From Coprothermobacterota bacterium (lineage in GTDB: Bacteria > Coprothermobacterota > Coprothermobacteria > Coprothermobacterales > Coprothermobacteraceae): DNA of 64,000 nt. The notes under the pieces were generated by a model. The model worked only from the letters and a program-made list of their open reading frames with translations, searched no databases and was not told the DNA's origin. The position numbers and the translations under genes are program-made. Below, piece after piece: positions 31,253 through 39,049 of the stretch; position 1 is the first letter of the stretch; every line of letters begins with the position of its first letter. Location of the stretch: the NCBI GenBank assembly GCA_036679065.1, contig JAZIGN010000003.1:448001-512000 (forward strand). Direction: 5' to 3'.

Positions 31253-31588
31253 GTGGAGTTTAAACCATTATATAAACAGGATGCTAAAAGTGAAGAAGAA
31301 AAGAAGGTTCTTGAGGCACTAGAAGGAGTCATAGATCCTGAAATTGGCTTTGATGTGGTTAATCTTGGCCTGATCTATGGCTTGGAAGTAACCGACCAAA
31401 GTGTCAATGTGAAAATGACTATGACTTTTGCAGGATGCCCCTTAATGGATTACATGGTTTCGCAGGTTAGAGAAGTACTAAAGTCTTTAGCTATAAGGCC
31501 TGAGGTTAATGTGGATTTGGTTTTTGAACCTGCATGGACACCAGAATTCATTAATCCAGCTATTATGAATCCAGAGGCTGCTAAATAG
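31253..31588 (+). CDS. DUF59/SufT-like Fe-S cluster biogenesis protein
   Basis: DPEIGFDVVNLGLIY, MTMTFAGCP, VFEPAWTPE; GTG 31253 after GGAGGTG. Confidence 0.88.
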   Translation: MEFKPLYKQDAKSEEEKKVLEALEGVIDPEIGFDVVNLGLIYGLEVTDQSVNVKMTMTFAGCPLMDYMVSQVREVLKSLAIRPEVNVDLVFEPAWTPEFINPAIMNPEAAK

Positions 31589-31599
31589 CAGCCTCTTTT
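31573..31599 (+). terminator. intrinsic terminator overlapping sufT-like stop
   Basis: AGAGGCTGCTA / TAGCAGCCTCT stem followed by T tract. Confidence 0.65.
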
Positions 31600-31602
31600 C
31601 AT

Positions 31603-32022
31603 TTATTTATGATATTTCTCTCCTTTGATAATCGTTAGTGCGCGGTATAACTGTTCAAGAAAAAACAACCTTGCCAGTTCGTGTGGAAAGGTCATAAGAG
31701 ACAGCGAAATTCGCATTTGTGCATTATTCTTGAACGCTTCAGAAAAACCTTCTGGGCCACCGATATAGAAATAGACATCATTTGATTGAGTGGTGAGCAG
31801 ATCTTCAATGAAAGAAGCAAACTCTTCCGATGTCATTAACTTACCTTGGGCGTCTAATACTATATGAAACCCCTCTTTAGTAGTCATGTTGAACGGGTTT
31901 TCTTGTTTTGTTTCTACCATAGTTATTGGTATGTAGTGTTTAATGCGCTCGTAGTAGTCTTTTACACCTTCGGCTACATACCCGTTTTTCAGCTTTCCTA
32001 CTGCTACAATGTGAACTTTCAT
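31603..32022 (-). CDS. rlmH: 23S rRNA pseudouridine-1915 N3-methyltransferase
   Basis: AVGKLK, LD..GK..SEEFA, IGGPEG, SLSLMTFPH, EQLYRA, YHK. Confidence 0.95.
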   Translation of the reverse strand: MKVHIVAVGKLKNGYVAEGVKDYYERIKHYIPITMVETKQENPFNMTTKEGFHIVLDAQGKLMTSEEFASFIEDLLTTQSNDVYFYIGGPEGFSEAFKNNAQMRISLSLMTFPHELARLFFLEQLYRALTIIKGEKYHK

Positions 32023-32137
32023 GCTTTCATTCTACGAGAAGGCGCCGCGAAAATGTGTCACTTTAGCAGAAGAAAGAAATCTCCTAAAGTAGCATGGCTG
32101 AATCAAAAAAATTTTGCGTCAGTTTGGGTTTTAGTAG

Positions 32138-32173
32138 AATGAAGAGCTGGCTTGGAGAAGCCCGCTCTTCATT
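32138..32173. terminator. hairpin, probable terminator of the XapX-like gene
   Basis: AATGAAGAGC-TGGCTT / AAGCCC-GCTCTTCATT inverted repeat just past the stop. Confidence 0.55.
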
Positions 32174-32176
32174 TCT

Positions 32177-32338
32177 CTAACGTCCAAGTAAGGCTTTTGC
32201 TGCTACAAATCCCAAAAAAATACCCACAATACCCATTACGCCAGACAGGGTAGCCGGGGCAGGAACCGGCAATTTCAGAAATGCAAACAAGAACCCTACC
32301 GAGAACCCGACAATGGTAGCCAATAGAGTCTCAACCAA
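32177..32338 (-). CDS. XapX/DUF1427 family small membrane protein (53 aa; absent from ORF track)
   Basis: Hand translation MVETLLATIVGFSVGFLFAFLKLPVPAPATLSGVMGIVGIFLGFVAAKALLGR; LP.PAP..G..GI.G..LG signature; SD AGGAGTGA before TTG. Confidence 0.85.
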   Translation of the reverse strand: MVETLLATIVGFSVGFLFAFLKLPVPAPATLSGVMGIVGIFLGFVAAKALLGR

Positions 32339-32461
32339 CTTATCATCACTCCTAACCTACTACTCATTATGTAGAACATTGATAAACTTCTAGCTTAGAT
32401 ATTTTACACAAGCCTTATGGGGTTTTTCCAGGCTATATAATAGCAGTGAGGTGAAAACTCT

Positions 32462-32713
32462 TTGGACAGTACAAAAGATCGCGTGCTCAAAAATCTGAGA
32501 CGTATAGATGGACAAATACGGGGTATCGAATCGATGATTAGTGAAGGAAGAAGCTGTAGCGAAATCTTGTATCAAATTGTCGCTGCCCGCGAAGCTTTGA
32601 AAAGGGTGGGAGTGGAAATAGCTAAGCAACACATCTGCCAACGGACTTCTGAAGGCGAAGACATGGAGCAAGAAATTGAAAAGATTATCAAAATCATTGC
32701 ATCTTTGTCTTAG
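32462..32713 (+). CDS. CsoR/RcnR family transcriptional repressor
   Basis: LRRIDGQIRGIESMI...CSEILYQIVAAREAL, His57; TATAAT and GAGGTG upstream. Confidence 0.88.
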   Translation: MDSTKDRVLKNLRRIDGQIRGIESMISEGRSCSEILYQIVAAREALKRVGVEIAKQHICQRTSEGEDMEQEIEKIIKIIASLS

Positions 32714-32722
32714 GGTGATCTT

Positions 32723-33868
32723 ATGAAGTGGAGGTTTTTCCTTGTCTTGAGCATACTTGGGATTATTGCAGGTGTTTGGTTGATTTTTTCTCTCGTTGTG
32801 CCTGCTCCGTACGGAAAGTTGACTGTTTCTGCTCCTTCAAACTTTAGCGTTTTTGTGGATGGGAAACCTTTCGAATCAGGTACTGTGGCTGCAGGGAGGC
32901 ATGTGGTAGAAGCCAAGTATCGTAATCTAGTACTAATGAAACAGGATGTCTATGTAAAACCGGAGGAGAATACACGCGTAAACTTTTCAGCGGAAGGTCT
33001 TTTGCTTTATGGTCCACCCAACTCCTATTTTGCTGTGAAGACAGCGGAAGGCACATATAACGCAAAAGGTGAATACCTATGGCTGCCATCGTTCGCTGGG
33101 AAAGCCATAGTGATGATTAACGGGGATTTATTGCCTCTTTACGTAGGCGAACATGCGTTTGTTACATTGGCCTACGAAGAAGGAACCGTAGTCACTTTAG
33201 AGGGGAGCTATTACCTTTCTGTACCCATGTGGTCAACAGTTTCCACCGTAACGGGCAGCATCATCTTACCCTCGGTGACTACAAGTTCCTTAAGCGCGGA
33301 CTTACAGTATTCTTTGGATGGTAATGTGGTGGTATTGAGCAATGCGTTTACCACGGGAACAGTTTTGAGAACAGCTCCGGGTGATTTCACAGACGTGAAA
33401 ATAGCCAACGATGAAGTCATGCTAGCTTTTACACCCACCTCGGTGAGCCAATATAACGTTGCGTTTGGTTGGCGCATATGGACCTTAAAAGCTCCTGAAC
33501 CTGTAGGTACGTGGTACAAAAGTGACTCTGGTTTTGTTTTCGCTGGGGAAAAGATTTGGGCTTACAAAGATAACGGAGCATGGCTATGGGTGCATCAGCC
33601 TCCTGGCAAACTTGTAGATGTTAATGGGGACAACCTAGTGTTTCTGACCGATGATGGAGTGGTATTCTGGGACTACGCCAAAGGCGAGGAAACGTCCAAT
33701 CCAAGATTTGAAGTGCCTGATTACATACCTTATGTAAAGGGTGAAAAGTATCTCTACTCTTCAGATGGCAACTGGTTCTCCGGTGTGGAAGTGTTGGATT
33801 TCTCTTGGAATGAGAAGTGGATTTCCTTTGTGAGTAGCAACCATGATATAATAATTTTAAGAAAATAA
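32723..33868 (+). CDS. hypothetical membrane-anchored exported protein (PEGA-like N-terminal domain)
   Basis: N-terminal TM, LTVS.P...VFVDG...GRHVV pattern, beta-rich remainder. Confidence 0.55.
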   Translation: MKWRFFLVLSILGIIAGVWLIFSLVVPAPYGKLTVSAPSNFSVFVDGKPFESGTVAAGRHVVEAKYRNLVLMKQDVYVKPEENTRVNFSAEGLLLYGPPNSYFAVKTAEGTYNAKGEYLWLPSFAGKAIVMINGDLLPLYVGEHAFVTLAYEEGTVVTLEGSYYLSVPMWSTVSTVTGSIILPSVTTSSLSADLQYSLDGNVVVLSNAFTTGTVLRTAPGDFTDVKIANDEVMLAFTPTSVSQYNVAFGWRIWTLKAPEPVGTWYKSDSGFVFAGEKIWAYKDNGAWLWVHQPPGKLVDVNGDNLVFLTDDGVVFWDYAKGEETSNPRFEVPDYIPYVKGEKYLYSSDGNWFSGVEVLDFSWNEKWISFVSSNHDIIILRK

Positions 33869-33869
33869 A

Positions 33870-34787
33870 ATGGATAGTGAAAGTTATCATTTATTATCGG
33901 ACATAGTAAAAGCAATTGGTGAAACCATGGGCGGTTGGCCCGTGGTGGTTTTTGTCCGCCCGCAAACTGAGGTGGGGGATGACATACTTGGGTACTTGTT
34001 AGGAGCTGTACAAAGAGGTGCGAGTCCTTTAACTCTTTCCCTTTCTGCCACTTCTTTTCGTCCCGAACTGGGTTTACGAGTCGTTGATCATTTGTACAGA
34101 TTAAAGCGCGGATTTAAGTTCGTGGTAAACGGTCCGTGTTTCGGTGGAACTAACCTAGTAGCCTGTGGGGCTGAGACTTTGTGTTTTACACAGACCGGTG
34201 AAATGGGCCTTTGGTGGGGTTCAATTAACACACCTTGGAATCCCGTGGATGAAAGTCATCGCTACTTACCTCTGGATGTTGATGTACTCTTAGGTTATCT
34301 TGAACTGCTTGAAAGGCATCCTCAGTCGGTGGAACCCATAACCCGCGACGTTAGCCCTTTAGCAGTAAGTGCTGCCTATAACTCTTTTAAAAGAACTGTT
34401 GGTGCTTTAGAAGCCTTAGAAAGGATGTCACCGAAGCACAAAGACGCTCTTAGAGCAGTTAGGCAGTCAATTCAGGAAGATTACTCCAGGGCGAGTTTGC
34501 CTTGGGGTCCTGGTGTCGCTGCTTCCTTCGGATTTGATGTTCAGACTTTTGATGCTGCGCTGGAAAAGTTGTTCAATGATGTAAATGCAAAGGTGTTCAG
34601 TGAAGCATTCGTTCCTCAGAGACAGGGGTCTGCTGAAAACTACAGCGTCACAGTGCCTGACGTTATGATCATTGATTCATCTGCTGTTTTGCTTCATACA
34701 ACTTACATTGAAGGCATGATCATGGACACAGAAGTGGAAGAGAGGCCTGTTGGAGCAGATTGGCGCACAGTTTTCTTCCGCGGGTAG
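33870..34787 (+). CDS. hypothetical protein, possibly degenerate ClpP-fold (SDH/SppA-like) protease
   Basis: VVNGPCFGGTNLVACGAETLCF...GEMG resembles the A.SAGT.IA..AD.I.M....LG segment but lacks the Ser. Confidence 0.45.
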   Translation: MDSESYHLLSDIVKAIGETMGGWPVVVFVRPQTEVGDDILGYLLGAVQRGASPLTLSLSATSFRPELGLRVVDHLYRLKRGFKFVVNGPCFGGTNLVACGAETLCFTQTGEMGLWWGSINTPWNPVDESHRYLPLDVDVLLGYLELLERHPQSVEPITRDVSPLAVSAAYNSFKRTVGALEALERMSPKHKDALRAVRQSIQEDYSRASLPWGPGVAASFGFDVQTFDAALEKLFNDVNAKVFSEAFVPQRQGSAENYSVTVPDVMIIDSSAVLLHTTYIEGMIMDTEVEERPVGADWRTVFFRG

Positions 34788-34809
34788 TAATGGAGGGGGA
34801 TAGCTTCAC

Positions 34810-36114
34810 ATGAATGTGGTTGTGGTGTTACTCTTTTTAGTCCTAATAAATGCCTATTTCGCTGCCACTGAGATCTCCGTTGTTTCCACTGATAAAGATG
34901 ACATTGAAGAGGCATTAGGGCCTAGAGCTGAAAGTGGTCTTGTTAAGAAGTTGTTGGACGATCCTACGTTCTTTTTCTCCTCTGTACAGATTGGTGTAAC
35001 GTTAGCTGGATTCCTTATGTCGTCCTTCTCTGCTTTGGACTGGGTTGGCCCATTTAGTGAAGCCTTAAGCAGACTAGGTATTCCCAATAGTTCCACATTG
35101 GCAGCAGTACTTATCACGGCCTTTGTTTCTTTTATATCTATCATATTCGGTGAACTCATACCAAAATCGCTTGCGGTTAGGTACAGAGACTACTTTGCCC
35201 CATGGGCATTAGTTAACTTGGCAAGAACACTTTATATTCTCTATCCTTTTGTATGGTTCTTATCTGTCATACAAAAAGCCGTCTTGAATATGGTTGGTGT
35301 GGGAAGTTTAGAATACACCAAGGTCGTTACTGATGAAGAATTGCTAAGAATAGTTGAAAGAGGTAGGTCTGAAGGGCAGTTTCTTCAAGAAGAGGAGGAA
35401 ATGATTAAGTCGGTACTGGAGTTCAGCGATACTACTGTGCGAGAAATCATGACTCCTCGACTCGCTGTTTTCTGGCTGGACAAGAATGTGGGTGTTAACG
35501 AAGCACTTCAACTAATGTTGGACTCTGGCTACTCAAGGGCACTGCTATGTGATGGTTCTTTGGATAACGTTCTTGGAGTCATTCATATTAAAGACTTAAT
35601 GAAACTACATGTTCAAGGTGATAGTGAAGGAAGCTTGGAAAGCATAAAGAGAGATGTTCTTTTTGTTCCTGAGACAGAGATGATCAACGAGGTTTTCTTC
35701 CAAATGAGGCGTTTACGCAACCATTTAGCCGTGGTAGTAGATGAATATGGTGCAGTTGCCGGTGTTGTGAGCTTGGAAGATATCTTGGAAGAGCTCGTGG
35801 GTGAAATACGCGATGAGTATGATCAAGAAGAAGAACCCATCCGCATTGTGGAAAAGTCTGAAAACTACGTGAAAGCCATAGTGCTCGGTCATGTTTCATT
35901 GGGAGATGTAAATGATGTGTTGGACCTTGATCTTGAAGCAGAAGAGGTAGACACTATCGCTGGATTTGTTCTACTTCAACTTCAGCATTTCCCTGAGGTT
36001 GGAGAAAAGTTTCGGCTAGACGGGACAAAGTTTACAGTGCTTTCCGTTACTAACAAGCGCATTGACAAAGTGCTTATCGAACGGGAAATTTCGGAAGAAG
36101 ATCAGCCTTCTTAA
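34810..36114 (+). CDS. CNNM/CorC (hemolysin-family TlyC) CBS-domain transporter
   Basis: FAATEIS, QIGVT, GELIPK, VREIMTPR, VVDEYG, EDILEELVGEI.DEYD, CorC_HlyC tail. Confidence 0.92.
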   Translation: MNVVVVLLFLVLINAYFAATEISVVSTDKDDIEEALGPRAESGLVKKLLDDPTFFFSSVQIGVTLAGFLMSSFSALDWVGPFSEALSRLGIPNSSTLAAVLITAFVSFISIIFGELIPKSLAVRYRDYFAPWALVNLARTLYILYPFVWFLSVIQKAVLNMVGVGSLEYTKVVTDEELLRIVERGRSEGQFLQEEEEMIKSVLEFSDTTVREIMTPRLAVFWLDKNVGVNEALQLMLDSGYSRALLCDGSLDNVLGVIHIKDLMKLHVQGDSEGSLESIKRDVLFVPETEMINEVFFQMRRLRNHLAVVVDEYGAVAGVVSLEDILEELVGEIRDEYDQEEEPIRIVEKSENYVKAIVLGHVSLGDVNDVLDLDLEAEEVDTIAGFVLLQLQHFPEVGEKFRLDGTKFTVLSVTNKRIDKVLIEREISEEDQPS

Positions 36115-36535
36115 GGGCTTGAAAACCCGTTATCAAAACATATAGTAAGGTAACAGCAACAGCAATTTGATTGTTAAAGACAGAAATCAACACTGCTATG
36201 CCAACTAGAGAGTCTTCAGAGAAAGAAAGGGCTAGGGTCAATGACAAAAAATAATGGGGGTATGAAAGATAGGCAGGCATTGTGCTGTAAGGCATTAAGG
36301 TAAAAGTAAAAAGCGTTACCACAAGTGAAATAATAGCGCCTATGAGCATGCGCGTAGGTCTCTGAATCCACAGCAAAACCAATAATCCCAAATCCACAAA
36401 CTGGAAGTACACACCAGGGTATAGATAACCTAATATTATTAAAGCGAGAGCAACGCAGGTAACAAATTTCTGCCTGTGAAAGCTGTTAAAGGCAGCAACA
36501 AAAAACAAAAATGCAAGCCACATAACGAAGTTCAT
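36074..36535 (-). CDS. hypothetical membrane protein
   Basis: 153-aa highly hydrophobic ORF filling the gap between two + strand genes. Confidence 0.6.
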   Translation of the reverse strand: MNFVMWLAFLFFVAAFNSFHRQKFVTCVALALIILGYLYPGVYFQFVDLGLLVLLWIQRPTRMLIGAIISLVVTLFTFTLMPYSTMPAYLSYPHYFLSLTLALSFSEDSLVGIAVLISVFNNQIAVAVTLLYVLITGFQALKKADLLPKFPVR

Positions 36536-36549
36536 TGTATCATATACAC

Positions 36550-37140
36550 ATGACGGTGTTGTCAGAGCTAAAGTTTGACGGATTTGCTGAAAGATGCTAC
36601 GAAGTCAATAGTGACATTTGGACGTCGAAGGTGTTTCTAGATATTGAGACACTTTCCTTGGTGGGGACACCCTTAACGGTTATTGGCTTACTTCAAGGTG
36701 GCGAAAAACCAACAGCTACGCAACTTTTCCTGCTGAAAGAAGAAGGTGAAAGGGAATTACTTTTACGTTTCTTGGAGCTCACAAAGGATGCTGAGGTGGT
36801 AACTTACAATGGTGCGAACTTTGATATTCCTTTTATTAATCAAAGGCTTCTTCACCACGGGCTAGGACAGTTTGTCCCAAGAGCTCACGTGGATTTGTAT
36901 CTCACAGCAAAGCGTAAGTTTCAAGGAAAGCTACCCTCTTTAAAGCAGTCGTATTTGGAGAAACATTTACTTGGCATAGAAAGATCTGACGATGTCCCAT
37001 CTCGGTTCGTGCCACAATACTACCAAGAGTTCTTGCTTGGTGGGGACTGGGAATGTTTAGAAAAAGTTCTGCGACATAACTACTATGACATCACTGGTTT
37101 GGCTAACCTTTATCTGTACGTAGAACAATCTCTATTCTAA
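36550..37140 (+). CDS. YprB-like RNase H-fold 3'-5' exonuclease domain protein
   Basis: FLDIET, TYNGANFDIPF, HVDLY, LE..LLGIER.DD, HNYYDI; ATG 36550. Confidence 0.88.
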   Translation: MTVLSELKFDGFAERCYEVNSDIWTSKVFLDIETLSLVGTPLTVIGLLQGGEKPTATQLFLLKEEGERELLLRFLELTKDAEVVTYNGANFDIPFINQRLLHHGLGQFVPRAHVDLYLTAKRKFQGKLPSLKQSYLEKHLLGIERSDDVPSRFVPQYYQEFLLGGDWECLEKVLRHNYYDITGLANLYLYVEQSLF

Positions 37141-37153
37141 GGAGGCTGGGTTT

Positions 37154-38299
37154 ATGGATTTTTTAATGGTTATGCCGTCTTTGGTAATTGCTGTATGGGA
37201 GTTCCTGGAATCGAAAGATTATAGGTTCCTGTTTATAGCGGCACTTGGAGCTCTTTGGTTAGTACCTTTTTTTAGGACCACATATTGGATAGGTTTGGTA
37301 CTTCTTTGTGCTTCCTATTTATCACTTTTTGTACTTTCTAAGAAAAGCATACCCTTGACATTTTGGGTCGGTCTTGTGCTACTAATTGGTTCTACTGCCT
37401 TTAGAACTTATCTAGCTGTGGGCGAGCCTGAGAAGCCAAGTTTTTGGTGGCTTTTGCCAGAGAAAATGGCTCAGAGAGGAAGCGACTTTGCCAACAACAC
37501 AGATCTTACAAGAAACTTGGCTATGTTACTTGACGTAGGAGCTATTACCTTAATAGTGTTCAGTTCTAAATATCTCTCGTCAGTCCTTTCCAGACTATTT
37601 TCGGTGTCAGTCATGTATATGTTCATGTTCTTTCTGTGGTATCCCACGTTTGAGGTGCGTTTAACACCTTCCTATCTTGATAGAGTACTCTGGATAATCG
37701 GGCTCATACCGGCGGTAGCGTACTTGCTAAGTGTATTAGGCAAATCAGAACCGGTGGAGTCAGATTTTTATTTCTTTTTTCTTGTGGTGTATTCCTTGCT
37801 TTTTGCACCACCTCGAGGTGGTAGTTTCGAATTTGCTTTACTAGCGTTGGTTTCATTCCCATGGGCTTTGTTAGGTAATATGGCTATTCCCGCTGTACAA
37901 ACGGTTGTCTCAAGTGGTCTTCCTCCTTCGGTAGGTTTCCTTTTTAAGACTGCTGGATTGGCTTCTATGTTCATAACGGCATCTACTGTGGCCATAGTGC
38001 GGGTCTACATGCTTTTCTTGTTAGTAGGGTTGTGTTACCAGGTCGCGTTGCAGAGTAGTAGAAAAGGTGTTCTGTCCATAATTGTTAGCGCCATTTTGCT
38101 ATTTAGTGGAATTTTGACTGGTTTTGCATCGAAAATTGCTGTTAATCTCTACGGGGGCAGTGGAGCGTTGTTTGCCATTGAGAACGTTTTTAATGCAACA
38201 AATACTTGGGCAAATGTTAAGCTGGACATCATTAACATGCTTATACCATTTGTAATTGCTATCTTAGCCAGCTACGTATTCTTCGGTGAAGGGAGTTAG
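37154..38299 (+). CDS. multi-pass membrane protein, distant NuoN/MrpD/HyfB antiporter-subunit-like
   Basis: About 12 TMs; GLPPSVGFLFK motif; SD GGAGG. Confidence 0.5.
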   Translation: MDFLMVMPSLVIAVWEFLESKDYRFLFIAALGALWLVPFFRTTYWIGLVLLCASYLSLFVLSKKSIPLTFWVGLVLLIGSTAFRTYLAVGEPEKPSFWWLLPEKMAQRGSDFANNTDLTRNLAMLLDVGAITLIVFSSKYLSSVLSRLFSVSVMYMFMFFLWYPTFEVRLTPSYLDRVLWIIGLIPAVAYLLSVLGKSEPVESDFYFFFLVVYSLLFAPPRGGSFEFALLALVSFPWALLGNMAIPAVQTVVSSGLPPSVGFLFKTAGLASMFITASTVAIVRVYMLFLLVGLCYQVALQSSRKGVLSIIVSAILLFSGILTGFASKIAVNLYGGSGALFAIENVFNATNTWANVKLDIINMLIPFVIAILASYVFFGEGS

Positions 38300-38304
38300 C
38301 TTGT

Positions 38305-38958
38305 ATGTGGAAGATGTTACTTGTATGGCTTTTGTTTGCGTTAGGGGTATTAGTGGTTCATTTCTTTTCCGTGAGATTCATCTTACAGCAGAGGCGAGAA
38401 GATGGGAAACTTGTTGGCCGTAGTGATTTTGTTTTTCGAGACAACAAATTTGTTGTAGGTGTTGCTTTTCTGTGGCTAATGCTCTCAAGCATGGCATTTG
38501 AAGGGACGTTTGTTTGGGTACTACCCATAAACGTTGTGCTTATTGCCCTTGTTGTTTCCATGAGTTTTGGATTGCTTCTTAAGGACATACACCATACATG
38601 GTCTCGCGTATGGACAGTGCTCATACTAGCTTTGTGGGTACTGGGCTACTTGACAGTGTTTGTCACGCTTGACACACTAGATCTCACCCAGCTTGCAGTG
38701 CTCGCTGAAAAGGGCTCTCTGCTTTACAACGTTTTACCCATACCCATGATTTTCATGCTAGTCGCCTTGTTGCTTCCTTTTGGTTCCGGGGCTGATTCGC
38801 TGCTATGGAGGGCTTTTTTAGTAACATTTTTATCTCTTCTATGGTTGCACACGTTTTTCTTCTCGATGCCTTTTGGGGCAGTGCTACTAGTTGCATTGGT
38901 TCTGTCTTGTGTGACGTCTTTTATTAGTTACTGGTTCCAAAGGATCTTAGAGAGCTAA
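38305..38958 (+). CDS. membrane protein, distant NuoH/HycD-like
   Basis: N-terminal TM then R..LQQR...G, TLDL..L and LPF segments; about 6 TMs. Confidence 0.4.
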   Translation: MWKMLLVWLLFALGVLVVHFFSVRFILQQRREDGKLVGRSDFVFRDNKFVVGVAFLWLMLSSMAFEGTFVWVLPINVVLIALVVSMSFGLLLKDIHHTWSRVWTVLILALWVLGYLTVFVTLDTLDLTQLAVLAEKGSLLYNVLPIPMIFMLVALLLPFGSGADSLLWRAFLVTFLSLLWLHTFFFSMPFGAVLLVALVLSCVTSFISYWFQRILES

Positions 38959-39049
38959 TTAGTCCGATATAGGTAGTTACAAGGTTATCGTAGTTTCGTC
39001 TGTGATAGAATATCTTCTATAAAAACTCGTCGTAGGGAGGTGATTTTTC

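Noticed and set aside
30845..31332. Long N-terminal extensions making mnmA and the SufT-like ORF overlap
   Set aside because: Family similarity starts at 31179 and about 31253; the extensions come from picking the furthest upstream start codon.
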